A DNA stretch of 56,725 bases, taken from contig NC_057758.1 of the NCBI RefSeq assembly GCF_004010195.1, positions 8,707,446 to 8,764,170 on the forward strand. Reading direction: 5' to 3'. A model generated the notes under the pieces. The model saw nothing but the letters and a program-made list of their open reading frames with translations. It ran no database searches and was not told where the DNA came from. Origin of the DNA: Chiloscyllium plagiosum (Eukaryota). The position numbers were made by a program, and so were the translations under genes. Positions 23,431-37,820 of this stretch are shown here, one piece after another. Within the stretch, counting starts at the first letter, position 1, and every line of letters starts with the position of its first letter.

Positions 23431-26395
23431 CTTATCTTGCCCTGGTGTAAATGAAATCCATATTGACTACATCTACCACCCTAGCAGAAAGTGAGCACTG
23501 CAGATGCTGGAGGTCAGAGTCGACAGGTATGGTACTGGAAAAGCATGGCAGGTCAGGCAACGTTAGAGGAACAATATAATCGATGTTTCCGACATTCCTG
23601 ATGAAAGGCCTATGCCCGAAGCATCGATTCTCTTGTTCCTGCCTGACTTGCTGTGCTTTTTCCAGCGCCACACTTTTTGACGTCTACAGCCCGACCTAAC
23701 AACCTTCCTGATCCCACCATCAAATAACTTTAAGAACATTTTCAGGCATGATCTCCCACGTACAAAGCCATTCTCAATATTCCTAATCAAACCCTGTCTT
23801 TCCAAATTAATGTACATCCTATCCTTCAAAATTTTCTCAACTCACATACCTACCACAGATGTTAAACCTACTGCTCCATAGTTTCAAAGTTTTTTTTTCA
23901 GTACTTCTTAAGTAAGGGCCCAATATTTGATATCCTCCAGATTTTCAGGATCTCAACTCTGGTTAATGATGATGAAAGTCATCAGCCAGGTCCCCCGCAC
24001 ATGTTTCTCTAGCCCCTATAGTGTCCTTGGATATATCTGGTAAGGAACGTGAGATTTATTCATCCTCAAGCATTCTAGCACGTCCAGTACCTCCTATATT
24101 GTGATATGGACTGTCCCAATAAATCACCACGAACTTCGCCAAGTTCCTAACTATTCATGTCTTTCTCCATGTTAAACACAGAGGAGAAATATCCATTAAC
24201 GATCTCGCCCATCTCTTTTGGTTCCACACATGCATGTCACTTTGATCTTTGAGGGGGCCTATTTTCTCACTAGTTATTGTTTTTGGTTTAATATACTGAA
24301 AGTACCATTTGGATTCATCTTAATCTTATAGAACATAGAACATAGAACAATACAGCACAGAACAGGCCCTTCGGCCCACGATGTTGTGCCGAACTTCTAA
24401 CCTAGATTAAGTACCCATCCATGTACCTATCCAAATGCCGCTTAAAGGTCGCCAAAGATTCCGACTCTACCACTCCCACGGGCAGCGCATTCCATGCCCC
24501 CACCACTCTCTGGGTAAAGAACCCACCCCTGACATCTCCCCTATACATTCCACCCTTCACCTCAAATTTATGTCCCCTTGTAACACTCTGTTGTACCCGG
24601 GGAATAAGTTTCTGACTGTCTCCTCTATCTATTCCTCTGATCATCTTATAGAGGAATAGATAGAGTCTTCTCATCCAAGGCTATTTAATGCCCCCTTTTC
24701 GCCCTACTGATTTCCTTCTTCAGAAAATTCCTGCATCCCTTATATACCTCCAGTCCCACATAGCTATCCATGCTCTGAGTTCTTCGGCCTTTACCTGTCA
24801 GTCCTCTTGCATTAAAATAAATGCAATTTAATAAAAACAGGCATTCTTGCTCCCAGTTGTGTTCCATCCTGACCTGTCTTTTCACTTCATTGTTTGTGAT
24901 TACTGTATCTCCTTCCAGCCTAGCACTTGCCTCCCTGCTCTTGAGGATCTCACCCCCTGCCAATCTCGTTTAATCCCTTTTTGGAGCACGAGCAAACCTG
25001 ACGCCAAGATATTGGATCCCCTCCATTGCATGTGCCACCTGTCCCTCTTGAAAAGGTCAAATCTGTCACAGAAAAGATCCCAATGATCGAAAAACCTGAG
25101 TGTCTTCCCCTGCACCAATTCTTAATCTATGCATGTATCTGCCATATCCTTCTATTCTTACTTTCATGAGCTCATGAAACAGGAAGTAATCAGGAGATTA
25201 CCACATCGAGGTCTTGGTTTTTAACTTTTCTCCTAACTCTCTGTCATCACTCTGTAGGACCGCAGTCTGATATCTACGTGAATCATCTGTGATGCCACCG
25301 TGCACAATGACTTTTGCCTGCTCACCCTCCCCCTTCACAACGTTCTGCAGCCGCTCAGAGACTTCCTGGACCCTGGCAACTCGGAAGTACCACATATTTT
25401 TGGATTCCCGTTTGAGGCCCCAGAATCTCCAATCTGTCCCTGCAGCAAGCGACTATCCTATCTCTAAGACCCTGTTTTAATTTATCCTTTCCCGCTGTAC
25501 CCCAGAGCCATTGGTAGTGCCACCCACCTGGCTACTGTTGTTTTCCCTTGAACGGTTGTTCCCTTCAACAGTATCTGACATGGTATACTTGTTATCGAGA
25601 GGAATGGCCACAGGGGATAGCTGCACTCTCTGCCTACTCCCTTTGCCATTCCAAACCTACTCTCTGCCTGGAACACGATAAGGAGCAAGGACTGGCTGTT
25701 GGATTAAATTTTGTTTAATAAAATGCAACAGGGCTGACAGGTAAGACTGATGAACTCAGGGCATGGATCTTTATGTAGGACTGTGCCATTATAGTCATTA
25801 CAGAAACATGGCTGGGGTGATTCTTGGGCGTGACCACAACACTAAAGCACTTACATATGAAGTTCGCAGCATCTTCGATAATCCTGAGTGCATCCAGCTC
25901 CAGCTCCCAAACATGGTCTCCCAGGAACTGCAGCTGGGTGCACTTTCTACACGTATAGTCAACAGGGACGGTGGAAATCTCTCTGAGCTCCTACATCCCA
26001 CGGGAGGAACTTGCAACTGGCCTAACTGTCTTCTTGACTGCTGTAATACTAAAATAAAAGGATTTTATTTGAGCTTGCCTGTACTTTTCTTCTGAGCTGC
26101 TGCTGTCTTAAGCCTCTCAAACCAATGACTTACTACTTACTCTGCTACCAACTGCATTTTCCCTACTCTTCCAACTTTAATTTTGTTTAAGTAAGAAGGG
26201 AAATACTACAGTAATGCAATGTTTGTGCCTGAAACACGCCTTGACACGAAGCCCATGACGACCTGCTCTCCAGAGCACGTCATTCCTTCTACTTAGAGGG
26301 TGTCTTGCTGAGTCTTTCTCCTGCTGGTGGTAACTACGCTGAGGCACATATTCACCCCTACAGCCAATCCGTGTTGTCGCAGTCCCCTGCTCCTT
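23431..26395 (-). mobile_element. CR1 LINE 5' half (duplicate of 4902-7510)
   Basis: Contains the same ORF1 and ORF2 remnants as copy 1. Confidence 0.85.
24328..24665 (-). mobile_element. Young 5'-truncated CR1 3' end, present only in copy 2
   Basis: Open C-terminus YKMIRGIDR..TRGHKFEVKGG..FFTQRVVGAWNALP..FKRHLDRYM, a (TATGTTC)n tail, and a TCTT target duplication (24324-24327 and 24666-24669). The empty site is at about 5795 in copy 1. Confidence 0.93.
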
Positions 26396-28629
26396 TCTGA
26401 CTATTAATACTGCATTTATGAAATCCTTGATTCCGTCGATTGCATTCCAAACTGTGCCTCACTCCAAAGGGAGATAAGTTATGTTCCAGTGAATACAGGG
26501 TTGTTGGAAAAAGAATTCCATTCGACACAAGAGCAACATTCTGGCTATCCGCGCACTGAGTCTGCTTTTCTGTTCAATTCTGTTATATCTATTCTGATAA
26601 TCCCCCATTCTACTTTATTGCATTTCCCTATAAGCAACCCTTGTTTAAAAATCAGTCTTTCTCAGCCTTCATGATGTTTAATGATCATGCCTCAACAGCC
26701 CTCAGAATTTTCTACAATTATTTCACTCTCACTGTTGCTTTAATCCCATTCCTAGTACTCTGTGTGTGTATTTCTAGTACTCTGTGTGGCAGTTGTGCCA
26801 ACGTTAGATGTTATCGTGTCCCATCACACCACCCCAATGGGCGGGACAAGACAAAAAATTAAAATGTCAGAGCCTGTACTCATCTCCCTCATCTTCCACA
26901 TCAGCCTAAGTTACAGCTCACTTGGATATGGGGATTTTCCCATTCTTTACCCTGCATAAACTTCCAATTCTTCCTTGGCTTCTGCATCAATTCGTTCAAG
27001 GGGCACACTGTCACTCTCCCTGAATCCAGGAACTGCTTCTCCCAACTGAAGACCCGATATGAAGCCCGTGTTTAACATATCCTGTGGCTCCGTGCACCGG
27101 CTGCCCCCTTGGTCTCTAATGCACCCCTTTCTTTCTGCTGTTACCCTCTTCCTCTTAATAAACTATATAATCTCTTTGGATTCATGTTAATTTTACCCAC
27201 TAATGTTTTATCACGATCACCCTTCTGCTTTTCTACTAACTTTTTAAGATTAGCCTGATACTTTCTATATTCATTTAATGCATCCATTGAACTGCTCACT
27301 TTGTACCTGCTTTAAGCTTCTCTTTCGTTTTTAATTCTGTTCTGTTTTTTTTTATGACACCCGAGGTTCTCTGGAGTTATTTTCCAAATTTTCATCGTTC
27401 GTTTAACACGTTGGGCGGATACTCTCTTTAATTCCTTTTTGATCAAGTGATTTTCCCATCCCCCCGCCACATGCTGTTCTGCGACAGTTTCACCAAGAAG
27501 CCACTGCACTTTGGCCAGATACCGTCATATTTTTCATAAAATCAATCTCCCCAAACGAAAAACCTTTTATTTACCAGATAGTGCGTTTTTTTTAATCTTT
27601 TCCTTTCCAAACATAAAACGTATGATGACGCGGTCACTGGCCATATAATGCTCTCCCAATTCTGCCTGAAATATCCTGACGGGCTTCATTCCCCACAATG
27701 AGACACCTCACTGCCCCTCCCTTTGTTGTATCTCCTCCTTGATGATACAAGCAGCTTTTTGGAATAAATTTCAAGGCATCTTTCCCCTCTTAAGAAGTTA
27801 TCACTGATTTATTAATGCTTGGAAATGAAATGCCTGTGTATAATAAACCTATTAATGTTTTTACACAACTCAGTAAGTTGGTTTTATATCTGCCCCTGTA
27901 CTTTCTTTTATCTGGGGGGTCTATAATATGTTCCCAGCAGTTCATCTGCTATGGTTTTGATCCTGAGCTCCAGCCACCAAGCCTCATTAGAAGATCTTCA
28001 CAAGATATCGTCCCTCCTTACTGTAGTAACTGACTCCATAATTAATAAGGCAACACCACCTCCTAATAACCCCTCTCCTGTCCTGTCTATAGTTCTTATA
28101 TCACAACATATTGAGTTGTCAGTCCTGAATTCCATCAAGCACATCTCTGTAATGGCAACAATGTCACATTTCCATATGTTACATTGTTCCATTATCACAT
28201 CTGTCTGTCCAATAGCATTCCCAGCATTAAGGTAAAGCACATCCACCCTGGAATATAACACCTGGAATACTCTGTACCTCGGAGTTCTCCAGTCATTCAC
28301 TGTTCCTTATCAAACTGCCCAATTCATGTTCCAAAACTGTAACTCTGGGACTCAATTAGTATTTGGTGAAATGCAATTTCGTTTTTAATAGATGTATTAA
28401 TGTAATGCAATTTTCCAGAACTGAGCAGTCTGCTCCACATACAATGTGTTTCTGCTGATTAATTCCCTGCTCAGTGTGCAGAGGGGACAGCCGTCAGTAA
28501 TAGGGAAAATGAGGACGGCAGATGCTGGAGATCAGAGTCGAAAAGTATGGCACTGAAAACGAACAGCCAGTCAGGCAACATCTGAGGAGCAAGAGAGTCA
28601 AAGATTTGGGCATCACCCCTTCATCAGGA

Positions 28630-29615
28630 GCGCATTCATGCCTTCCCATACTTTTCATTCCATGGTGAACAGGATATTGGGAACCGCACATGCTAAGTGA
28701 AGCAGCACGGTATATAGCCCTGAAATGGAAAGCATGCAATCAGTTGGTTGGACAGGGAGCAGACAATTTCAGGTGAAGTACAGACTAATTGAAGTACAAA
28801 CATAAGAATAGATAAATCCCCTGGACCAGACTGGAAACACGCTAGGTTGCTACAGAAAGAGAGGGAAGAGATTTCTGCGCCTTTGGCGATTGTCTTTGCG
28901 TCTTCACTGTCCATTGGAGTAGTACCAGATGATTGCCTTGTTCACGAAAGGGAATTGGTATAATTCTGAGAATTACAGTCCAGTCAGTCTTATATCAGTA
29001 TTGGGCAAAGTAGTGGAGAGGATTCTGAGAGACAGACTTTATGATTACTTGGAAAATCATAGCTTGATTAGAAATAGTCAGCATGGCTTTGTGAGGGGCA
29101 ATTCATGCCTCACAAACCTTATGGAATTCTTTGAGGATAGGATAAAATACATTGAAGCAGGTAGAGAAGTGGATGCGGTGTGCATGGAGTTTAACAAGAC
29201 ATTTGACCACGTTCCCAATGGGAGATTCATTCAGAAAGTAAGGTTGCGTGGGATACAGAGAAATCTGTCTGTCTGGATACAGAATTGACTGGCCCATTGA
29301 GACACTATGTGGTAGTAAACGGATAGTATTCAGTCTAAAGCTTGGTGAAAAGTGGTTTTCTGTAGGATTCGGTTCGGGGTACTCTGCTGTTTGTGTTTTT
29401 TTAATGATTTGGATGAGGAAGTGGATAGTCAAGGGAACAAAGGTCGGTAGAAATGTGGATTGTGTAGAGGGCTGTTGTAGTTTGCACTGGGACAATGGCA
29501 GGATGAAGAATTGGGCTGATAAGTGGCGGATGGATTTCAACCTGGAAAAGTGTGAAGCGATTCATTCTGGAAAATCAAATTTGAACGCAGAATACAGGAT
29601 AAAAGATAGGTAGTG
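28630..29615 (+). mobile_element. CR1 ORF2 RT fragment (duplicate of 9745-10730)
   Basis: Contains SQHGFVRGNSCLTNLMEFFE..WADKWRMDFNLEKCEAIH. Confidence 0.9.
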
Positions 29616-30538
29616 CTTTTCAGGTTTCCAACAATTAACCCTCATGTCTAGGCACCTTCCTCTGCCACTACAGGAATGCAAGACCTGTGCACACACCTCC
29701 CCCCGTCTCACTAAGGCCCGGAAGATCCTTCCACATCTATCAAGGTTTCACCTGCAGTTCCACACATGTCAGGTGCTGTATCCGTTGTTCCTAATGCGGT
29801 CTTCTATACGTTGGGGAGATAGGACCTCTACTCGCACAGCACTTCAGAGAACATCTCTGGGACACCCGCACCAAGCAACCCCACTGCCCCGTGGCGGAAC
29901 GCTTCAACTCCCCATCCAACTCAGCCGAGGACATGCAGATCCAGGACTTCATCCATCGCCACTCCCTTACCACCTCATCTTCAACCTCGGGACACATCAA
30001 TCCCATGGCATCAATGTGGATTTGACCATTTCCACATTTCCCCTACTCCCACCTTATCACAATTCCAAACTTCCAGCTTAGTACCGCCCTCATCACCCGT
30101 CCCATCTTTTTATTCAAAGTGAGAATGGATTTTTTTTAGATTCCCTACAGAGTGGAAGCAGGCCCTTTGGCCGAATAAGTCCGCACCAAACATACAAGTC
30201 CATTGTAAGAAGGAGAAATCAGCACGTGGAGCCCAGCAACGTTCTGTTGGGATGGTATACGATCCTACAAAGTTAAGTTAAAGCATTAAGTAGTTTGTAG
30301 TGTGTTTCGTTACGTTATAGTACAATTTGTTGTTCTCATATTAATTGTGTTCAATCAACACATGTTGATGTTTATGAATCGACTCACAGTTCTTTTGGTG
30401 AATATAAGATTTTCAAACACACTGTGTCGTGATATAAAAGTTTCCTAACAATTCTCTTTGCACTTCATACTGAAGAATTTTCCTGTATTTAGAAAATAGT
30501 CCATGCCTGTATTCTTCTTACCAAAGTGCATGACCTCA

Positions 30539-30582
30539 NNNNNNNNNNNNNNNNNNNNNNNNNNNNNNNNNNNNNNNNNNNN
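30539..30582. other. Assembly gap (44 N)
   Basis: Run of N corresponding to about 11649-12029 in copy 1. Confidence 0.98.
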
Positions 30583-33500
30583 CTAATTTATAGCTTGGAC
30601 ATGGACTAAAAATATGACATTGTCGATTCCACTGAATTGCGGCGACAACCTATGCCTTTGCCGAAATATTCTGTTTGCATTATGGAAGAATATAAACATG
30701 TGAACCAGCTTGAGAGGACACAGAAAATTTCAAATATTTGTATTCCTCCATAATACCGACGGAATATTTGGTCAAAGACATAGGCTGTCGCCACATTCCC
30801 ATGGACTTGACATTGTAATATTTTTACTTTATTTGTTTTTATTTGCATATGAAGAAGACGCGAGTTAATAAGGAGATATAAGTTGGTCAAATGAACAACA
30901 AATATTTGTGTATGGAGAACAGAATGGACAATGTGCCTGTGTTCAAATATGTTGGAAATTTAATGGAAACGTATGTATTATTTAAATGGAGAGATCGTAT
31001 TGAGGCACAGGTGAATCAGGCACGTTGATCACACAAAAAAATGTCGTGTACATCAAGATTTTAGAGTGGCCAGACAAATGTTGAAACTTTTTTGAAACAG
31101 AATTCATTCAGAAGTAGGAAGAATTTTCTACCGTTTCACAGAGTACTGGTGAGACCACATCGGAAGAGCAATGGTCATAATGACAAGCAAAGCAGTCCAG
31201 AGAAGATACACTCAACTGACTCCTGTGAAGAATTGTATTTCATGAGGAAATATTGACCAGACTGGCCCTGGATCTCCTGGAGTTTAGCTTGACAATATGT
31301 GATCTTGTTTAACCACAGAATATTCCGAATAGACTTTTTAAGTTGAATTCTGAAATAGTATTTCAGTTTGTATGTGAGATTACAATAAGTGGATGTAAAG
31401 TAAAACTGAATATTATCTCATTTCATAAGACGGGAGTTGTTTCAGCCCTCTCAAAGTGTTGTGTATTTGTGAAACTCTCTTCCCAGAGAGCGATGAAGAC
31501 TAGGACATTGAATATTCCTAAGGCAGAGGCAGGCAAATTCTTGACTATGAATGTCACACTAACGTTGTAAGGGCAAAGAAGGAAAACTTACGCCTGATGC
31601 TCGTTTCTATTTTTTTTGTTGTCTTCAGCGACCGAAAAATTAGCAGACCATTCTCATGAACATGAAGACTTTTCCTTACAGATTGATGGGCGCAACTTTC
31701 CAAATGTGTTTCTTAAACAAGTGAAAAACTCCTTTGAAACTGCTTTAGAAATTAGATAATGTCGAATAGATGTCTGAACATTGCAGCTTCCTTTCAGTTG
31801 TGTTGTGAGGTGCTTTTGGTTAGGAAAAGCACCGATCTGTTGCCTATGTTCAATTTCCACTCATAATGTGTTAGTGAACCCCAGTGGTCCTCGTGGTGCA
31901 GGAACACTAACATTTTTGTTTCAGAGAGAGTTACAGGATTCTCAACAAGTGACAGTGAAGGGACAATGGTTTCGATTCAAGTCGGGATGCAATGTGAGCT
32001 TGGAGATTATATCCTTCACCAATTAATGCTCACAAACTATGGAAATGGTGTGACTATTTTCTGTTTTCAAGAATTAAAGTGATAGAGTGTTATGGCACAC
32101 AAACAGGCATTCAGCGCAACATGTCTACACTAGCCAGAAAACACCGAACTACATTAATGAAAGTTACCTCAAGGCGCATGGCCGACTCTGCTCTGGCATT
32201 TTGTGCTCATTCAGTCGCTGATTAAATGCTGCATTAACTTGTGTTATTCGTGGCCTGGGCAGTCAGTTGGCCTTTTATTTCAATGTATTCACGAAATGGT
32301 TTCTGCAAATGCATCACACTACTTCAAAGGCGCAACAAGCTCATCAGATCAATAAACACGGTTACATTGTTCAATTATTATGAGGAAATTGGATTTTTCA
32401 AAAATTCATTTGGGATTTTAGTGGAGCTAGTCCAACATTAATTGCCTTTGAGAAGTTCCAGTCCAGTTGGTGTTGGCCCATTCAAGTGGCTGTTGGGAGG
32501 AGTACCAGCTGTACATCATGTGCCAGTTTAGCTGGGAGTAAGCATTACTGGTGATGGACGTAGTGTTAAACAAGCTGCTGTACTGTGATGAACAGCTGGT
32601 AGAAAAGTGCAGGAAAACTGACTCTTTGTCAAAACGAATATGTGGCAAGGAATTTATTATTCTGCAGAGAAATAACAACTTTGCAACGAGAAGTCTATAT
32701 AACAATAAATTAAAGTTTGTTTGTATGGTATTGGTGTCCTTAAACTAATGGTGTCAAACAGCTGGAATAATGTTGGTGGGCTTATTGAACGAAACTTGCA
32801 CTGAGCATGTGAATTAGCTTGGATATTTTCAGAGATGGATGGGCTGTCCTCGGTTCAGTAACTGCTGATGCTGCATGGGATGATGCTGATTTGTAATCTC
32901 CCCATTGACTGAGCACAGTTCGGTTGTCTTTTCACTCTGTCTATACCTCGCATGCTGTTATGTATCTCAGTCAGGTTCACACCATAACCTTCTCTGCTCC
33001 AAAGTAAAGCAAAAGCAAATATTGCCTATCTTCATGGTTTGAGTACTCTCTTGTGTTTTTATTCTTTCAAAGTGCAACATCTCACATATTGCTGTGTTAA
33101 GTTTTTCGATCATTGATCTGGCCATCTGAACAATCCGGTTGTACCCTCCTGTAACCTAACACTTTCGTCCTCACTGTGAACAATCGGAACAATAATTGTG
33201 TTATCCACAACATTGTTCATCATGCTCTACCTCCACCTCCATTTCCCACATTCTTATCATCAACGTGTAGGAATATCAGAAACAAAACTTGCTTTTTTTA
33301 AATCTGTTCTACAGTCGTTGTTGCAGAGGAAGAACTAATAATTCCAGTCTATAGTTTTCCGTCTTGTCGGGAATTTGCAGCATGATGCAGGAGAGGGCTA
33401 TTATGAGGGAGCAACAAATAGTATTTTGGACATGCAACTGAATTCTGCTTTTATACTCCGGTCCTCTGCATGTCTTATTCATAAGGCTTGTACATCATTA

Positions 33501-35537
33501 TTCCTGGAATCGCTTTTGGCACTGTGCACTGCAACATTTCCATGTTATGTAGGCCTGCAACTCATTCTTTATAACATTCGCTGCAATCGCGTCAGAACAC
33601 AGGGAACTTTTTTTTAAATCTGCAAGATGGATGCAGGCTCATTCATGAAGTTTGTTTGAAAGAACTAAGGTGACAAGGATAAAGATTCAATTAAATTCTG
33701 CATTATAAGCAAGAAGTAGAAGATCAAATCGCATTCTCATTTCTACATTGAATTGGAAGCAAATTCACAGAAAAGAAACACCCACCGTTCTGGATATTGT
33801 TGAGTGACATAAAGTGACATAATATCGAGATAATGAATTGGAGAGAAAAGAAAATGTCTGCACTTGATGGAGATACAGAAATGTAGAGTGGATGTATAAT
33901 TTGAACAAGAATAATGTTAAGAATAGAAGTATGAGAAACATTTTCCTAATATTCAAAAGAAACCAGATCCTAATTTTCCTTAACAGTGATGTTTGATTGA
34001 CCACCAATCTCAGTTTTCCAACTGCATGGTTTCCCCTGTCACAGATGGTCCTTCTGACACACCACCTCCTCCCCTTCCTACCCTTTCCTTCCCCACCTAC
34101 TTCCCTTGCATCGCCCCTTCTGCTGTGACAAACCCTTCCACTGACCATCTCCTTTCACACTTCTCGCACTGTGTATTACACCACTTCCCTATCGCTCCCA
34201 CTTTCCCTGAACCTCCCTTTCGCTTTTTGCTCTCACACTAAATATTGGAAATTGCTGACTTATGTGCTACTACTTGTCATCAGTGAATGGTGCGTTTGAA
34301 ATGATCACTGTCTAATAGCAACAGAAAACAGCATGTTTGTCACTGTCTAATGCGCCATGAACAGGATGGCTTTGTTAACTATTTGTACAGAGTGAGTTTC
34401 TCCCTTTCCCTTTATCACAACACTTAACAAAGCAGCCACATCACCAACAGGAGAAACATCTTGGGACAGAATTGAAAGTCCACGTTTCAATTATCTTTTG
34501 TATATTGTGAGGATATTATTCAAACAAACAGCATTCTTTTCTTTTGCTCCTTATTCTTTCAACTGATGTTCCAATATAATTTGAGGTGAGGTCAATCGAA
34601 ACAGGACTTGACTGAGCGTGGAATCAAGGACCCTGAGCAAAACTTTAATTAATGGGAATTAGAGAACATCCTGCACTAGTAATGGGAAAATGGGAAAGCA
34701 ATCTCTTCAAGTTACCTTCCAAGTTACATGCCATCCTGTCTAGAAACTAACTTGCTATTCCTTCATTAGCAGTTGTTTAAACATCTTGGAATGTGCCTAA
34801 AAGCAGCTCTGTGTGTCTGTGCATCACTTGGACAGAAGAGATTCAAGTAGGCTGCTCTATGTCGCCTTTTCCAGAGTAATTGTGTTTGACACGTAAAATC
34901 TGCCCATGCTAATTCCTTCCAAAACCCGTGGATGACTATGCTGTGTACCAATGTATGTTATGTTTCCACAGTTTCATCTAAAGTTTCAGAAATGTAAGAC
35001 CTTGCTGAATGAGTAAGACCCTAGTGACACCAGGGGCATGATATGATATTGAGGTAATGATTGGGATCCTTAATTCAACTGGTTACTTATAGAGGATTGA
35101 TCATGTGATTCATGGCCACTGAAGTCACCATTTTCATGGTGATTTATGACACGGAAAATGTTATTAATATTTAGGTCTTTGTCAAATAAAATGTTTTAAA
35201 ATTTTCATTCAATGAACATAACCAAATGCATGAGAGTTTACTGAAATGACAGCTTCACTGTCCCCTTTCATATCAGAAAAATATCACCTCTCCAAAAGAA
35301 AAAGCATGTTGGAAGTGCGAAAAACTTCAACAAGTCCAGCGGCATCTGAGCAGAAAGAGAATTAACGTTCTGAGACCAATACGACTTTTGCAGAACAGAG
35401 TCATGCTCGTCTCAAAATGTTAGCTCTCTTTCACTCTCAAGATACTGACTCATCAGCTGTGTTTCACCAACAATTTCCACCTGTATTTGAGATTTCTAAG
35501 TTCCCTCGTATACGCTAGCACAGTGACATATTTGGGT

Positions 35538-35815
35538 GGGTGGCACGGTGGCTCAGTGCTTAGCACTGCTGTCTCAAAGCACCGTGATTCTGTGCTCAAT
35601 TCCACTCTTGGGCCACCTTCGGTACTGAGCTTTCGTATTCTTCCCATGTCTGTAGGTGTTTCTTATTCTTCCCAATTGACCGTTCATCTGCAACTACTAG
35701 CTTTAAAAATGGGAGATAGAGTAATCGTGTAGGAGGTGGATGTGGGTGCAATTTTCCTCAGAGGATCAGTGTCAGCTCGATGGGCCGAATGTTTTATTTT
35801 AACACTTTAAAATTG
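35538..35815 (+). mobile_element. HE1-type SINE (duplicate of 16983-17270)
   Basis: Same tRNA-like head and CR1-derived tail. Confidence 0.85.
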
Positions 35816-35974
35816 TATATCATTATTATAACAAAGGCGGTTGTTCCTGGGGCCAGTATCTCTGTATCAGCCCGGAATGAGCTATATTTCTATTGATGTT
35901 GTTCCGTATTCTTCCCATGGCCCTACACATTGTGTTATCCATGTCGTGGTTTTTAATTCTGAATATATTGTGCA

Positions 35975-37820
35975 TCGAACAGCCAGGAGGGGGCATGAGA
36001 AGTCGTTTGTAGATTGAGTCAAGGAAAACTCGAAGACTTTCGTAAACTATATCATGAATAAACAGATGATGAGAGTAAGATTAGGGCCTATCAAGTGTAG
36101 TAGTGTGAAGTTGTGCTTGGAGTCAGAGGAGATAGGGGAAGTGCTAAGTGAAGTTTTTCATCCGTATTTACATTAGAAAATAGCCAATGTTGTCAAGGAG
36201 AATCCTGAGATACAGGTCAGTAGATTAGATAGGATAAAGGTTCACAAGGAAGAGGTTGTAGCAATTCTGGAAAGTGTAAAAAACATAACTCCTCTGTGCC
36301 GGATGGAATTTATCCTAGGACTCTCTGGGATGCCAGGGAGGAATTTGCAGAGCCTTTAGCTTTGATTATATGTTGTCATTGTCTACAGGAATAGTGCAGA
36401 GGGCTGGAGGATAGCAAATGTTGTTACCTTGTTCAAGAAGGGGAGTAGAGTCTAATTATAGACCAGTGAACGTTACTTTGGTTGTGGGAAAAGTGTTGAA
36501 ATTGTTAAAGAGATAGAGTTTATACTCATCTAGAAAGGAATAATTTGATTAGCTGTAGTCAACACGGTTTGGTGAAGGGTAGGTCGTGCCTAACAAACCT
36601 TATTGAATTCTTTCAGAAGGTGACCAAACATGTGGATGCGGGTAAAACGGTTGATTGAGTGTATATGACATTCAGTAAAGCGTTTGGTAAGGTTCCCCAC
36701 GATAGGCTATTACATAAAAAATGGAGGCGTCGGATTGATGGTAATTTAGCGGATTCGATCAGGAATTGGCTAGCTGAAAGGAGATAGAGGGTGGTAGATG
36801 ATGGGAAATGTTCATTGGAGTTCAGTTACTAGTAGTGTACCGTAAGGATCTGTTTTGGGCCCACTGCTGTTTGTCATTTTTATAAACGATATGGATGATG
36901 GCGTAGAAGCATGGGTTCGTAAATTTGCAGAATGCACTAAGGTCGCTAGAGTTGTGGATAGTGCCAAACGATGTTGTGGGTTACAGCAGGACACTGATAA
37001 TTTGGAGGCTGGGCTGTGAGGTGGCAAATGGAATGCAATGCGGAACAATGTCAGATGATTCACTTCAGATGGAGCAACAGGAATGCCGAGCATTGGGCTC
37101 TTAGTAAGACTCTTGGTAGTGTAGATGAGTAGAGATTCCTCAGTGCCCATGTACATAGATCCATGAAAGTTGCTCCCCAGTTTGATAGGGTTGTTAAGAA
37201 GGCATATGGTGTGTTTGCTTTTATTAGTAGAGGGATTTTGTTTCAGAACCATTGGTGCATGTTGCAAGTTTACAAAACCCTGGTGCAACCACACTTGGAC
37301 TATTGAATACAGTTCTGGTCACCTCATTCATGGAATGATGGGGAATCTTTGGAAAGGGTTCAGAGGAGCTTTACAAGGTTGGTGCCTGGTATGGAGGTAA
37401 GGTCTCATGAGGAAAGGCTGAGGGACTTGAGACTGTTTTCCTTTGAGAGAATGTGAGAGGTGACTTAATTGAGGCTTATAATATAATCAGAGATTAGATA
37501 GGCTGGATGGCGAGAGCTTTTTTTTCTTGAATGGCAATGGCTCGCACGAGGATAAGTCGTTTGAAATTGAGATGTAATGGATACAGGACAGATGTCAGAG
37601 GTCGTTTCTTTACTCAAAGTGTAGCGGGGTGTGGAACGCACTGCCTGCAACAGAAGTTGACTCGCCAACTTTAAGGGCATTTAAGTGGTCATTGGATAGG
37701 CATATGGATGAAAACTCTGGTAGTGTAGGTTAGATGGGCTTCAGATTGGTTTCATAGATTGGCGCAACATTGAGGGCAGAAGGGGGAGTCCTGTGCTGTA
37801 ATGTACTATGTTTTATATGT
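35975..37820 (+). mobile_element. 5'-truncated CR1 LINE (duplicate of 17431-19255)
   Basis: Same RT motifs and 3' tail as copy 1. Confidence 0.92.
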
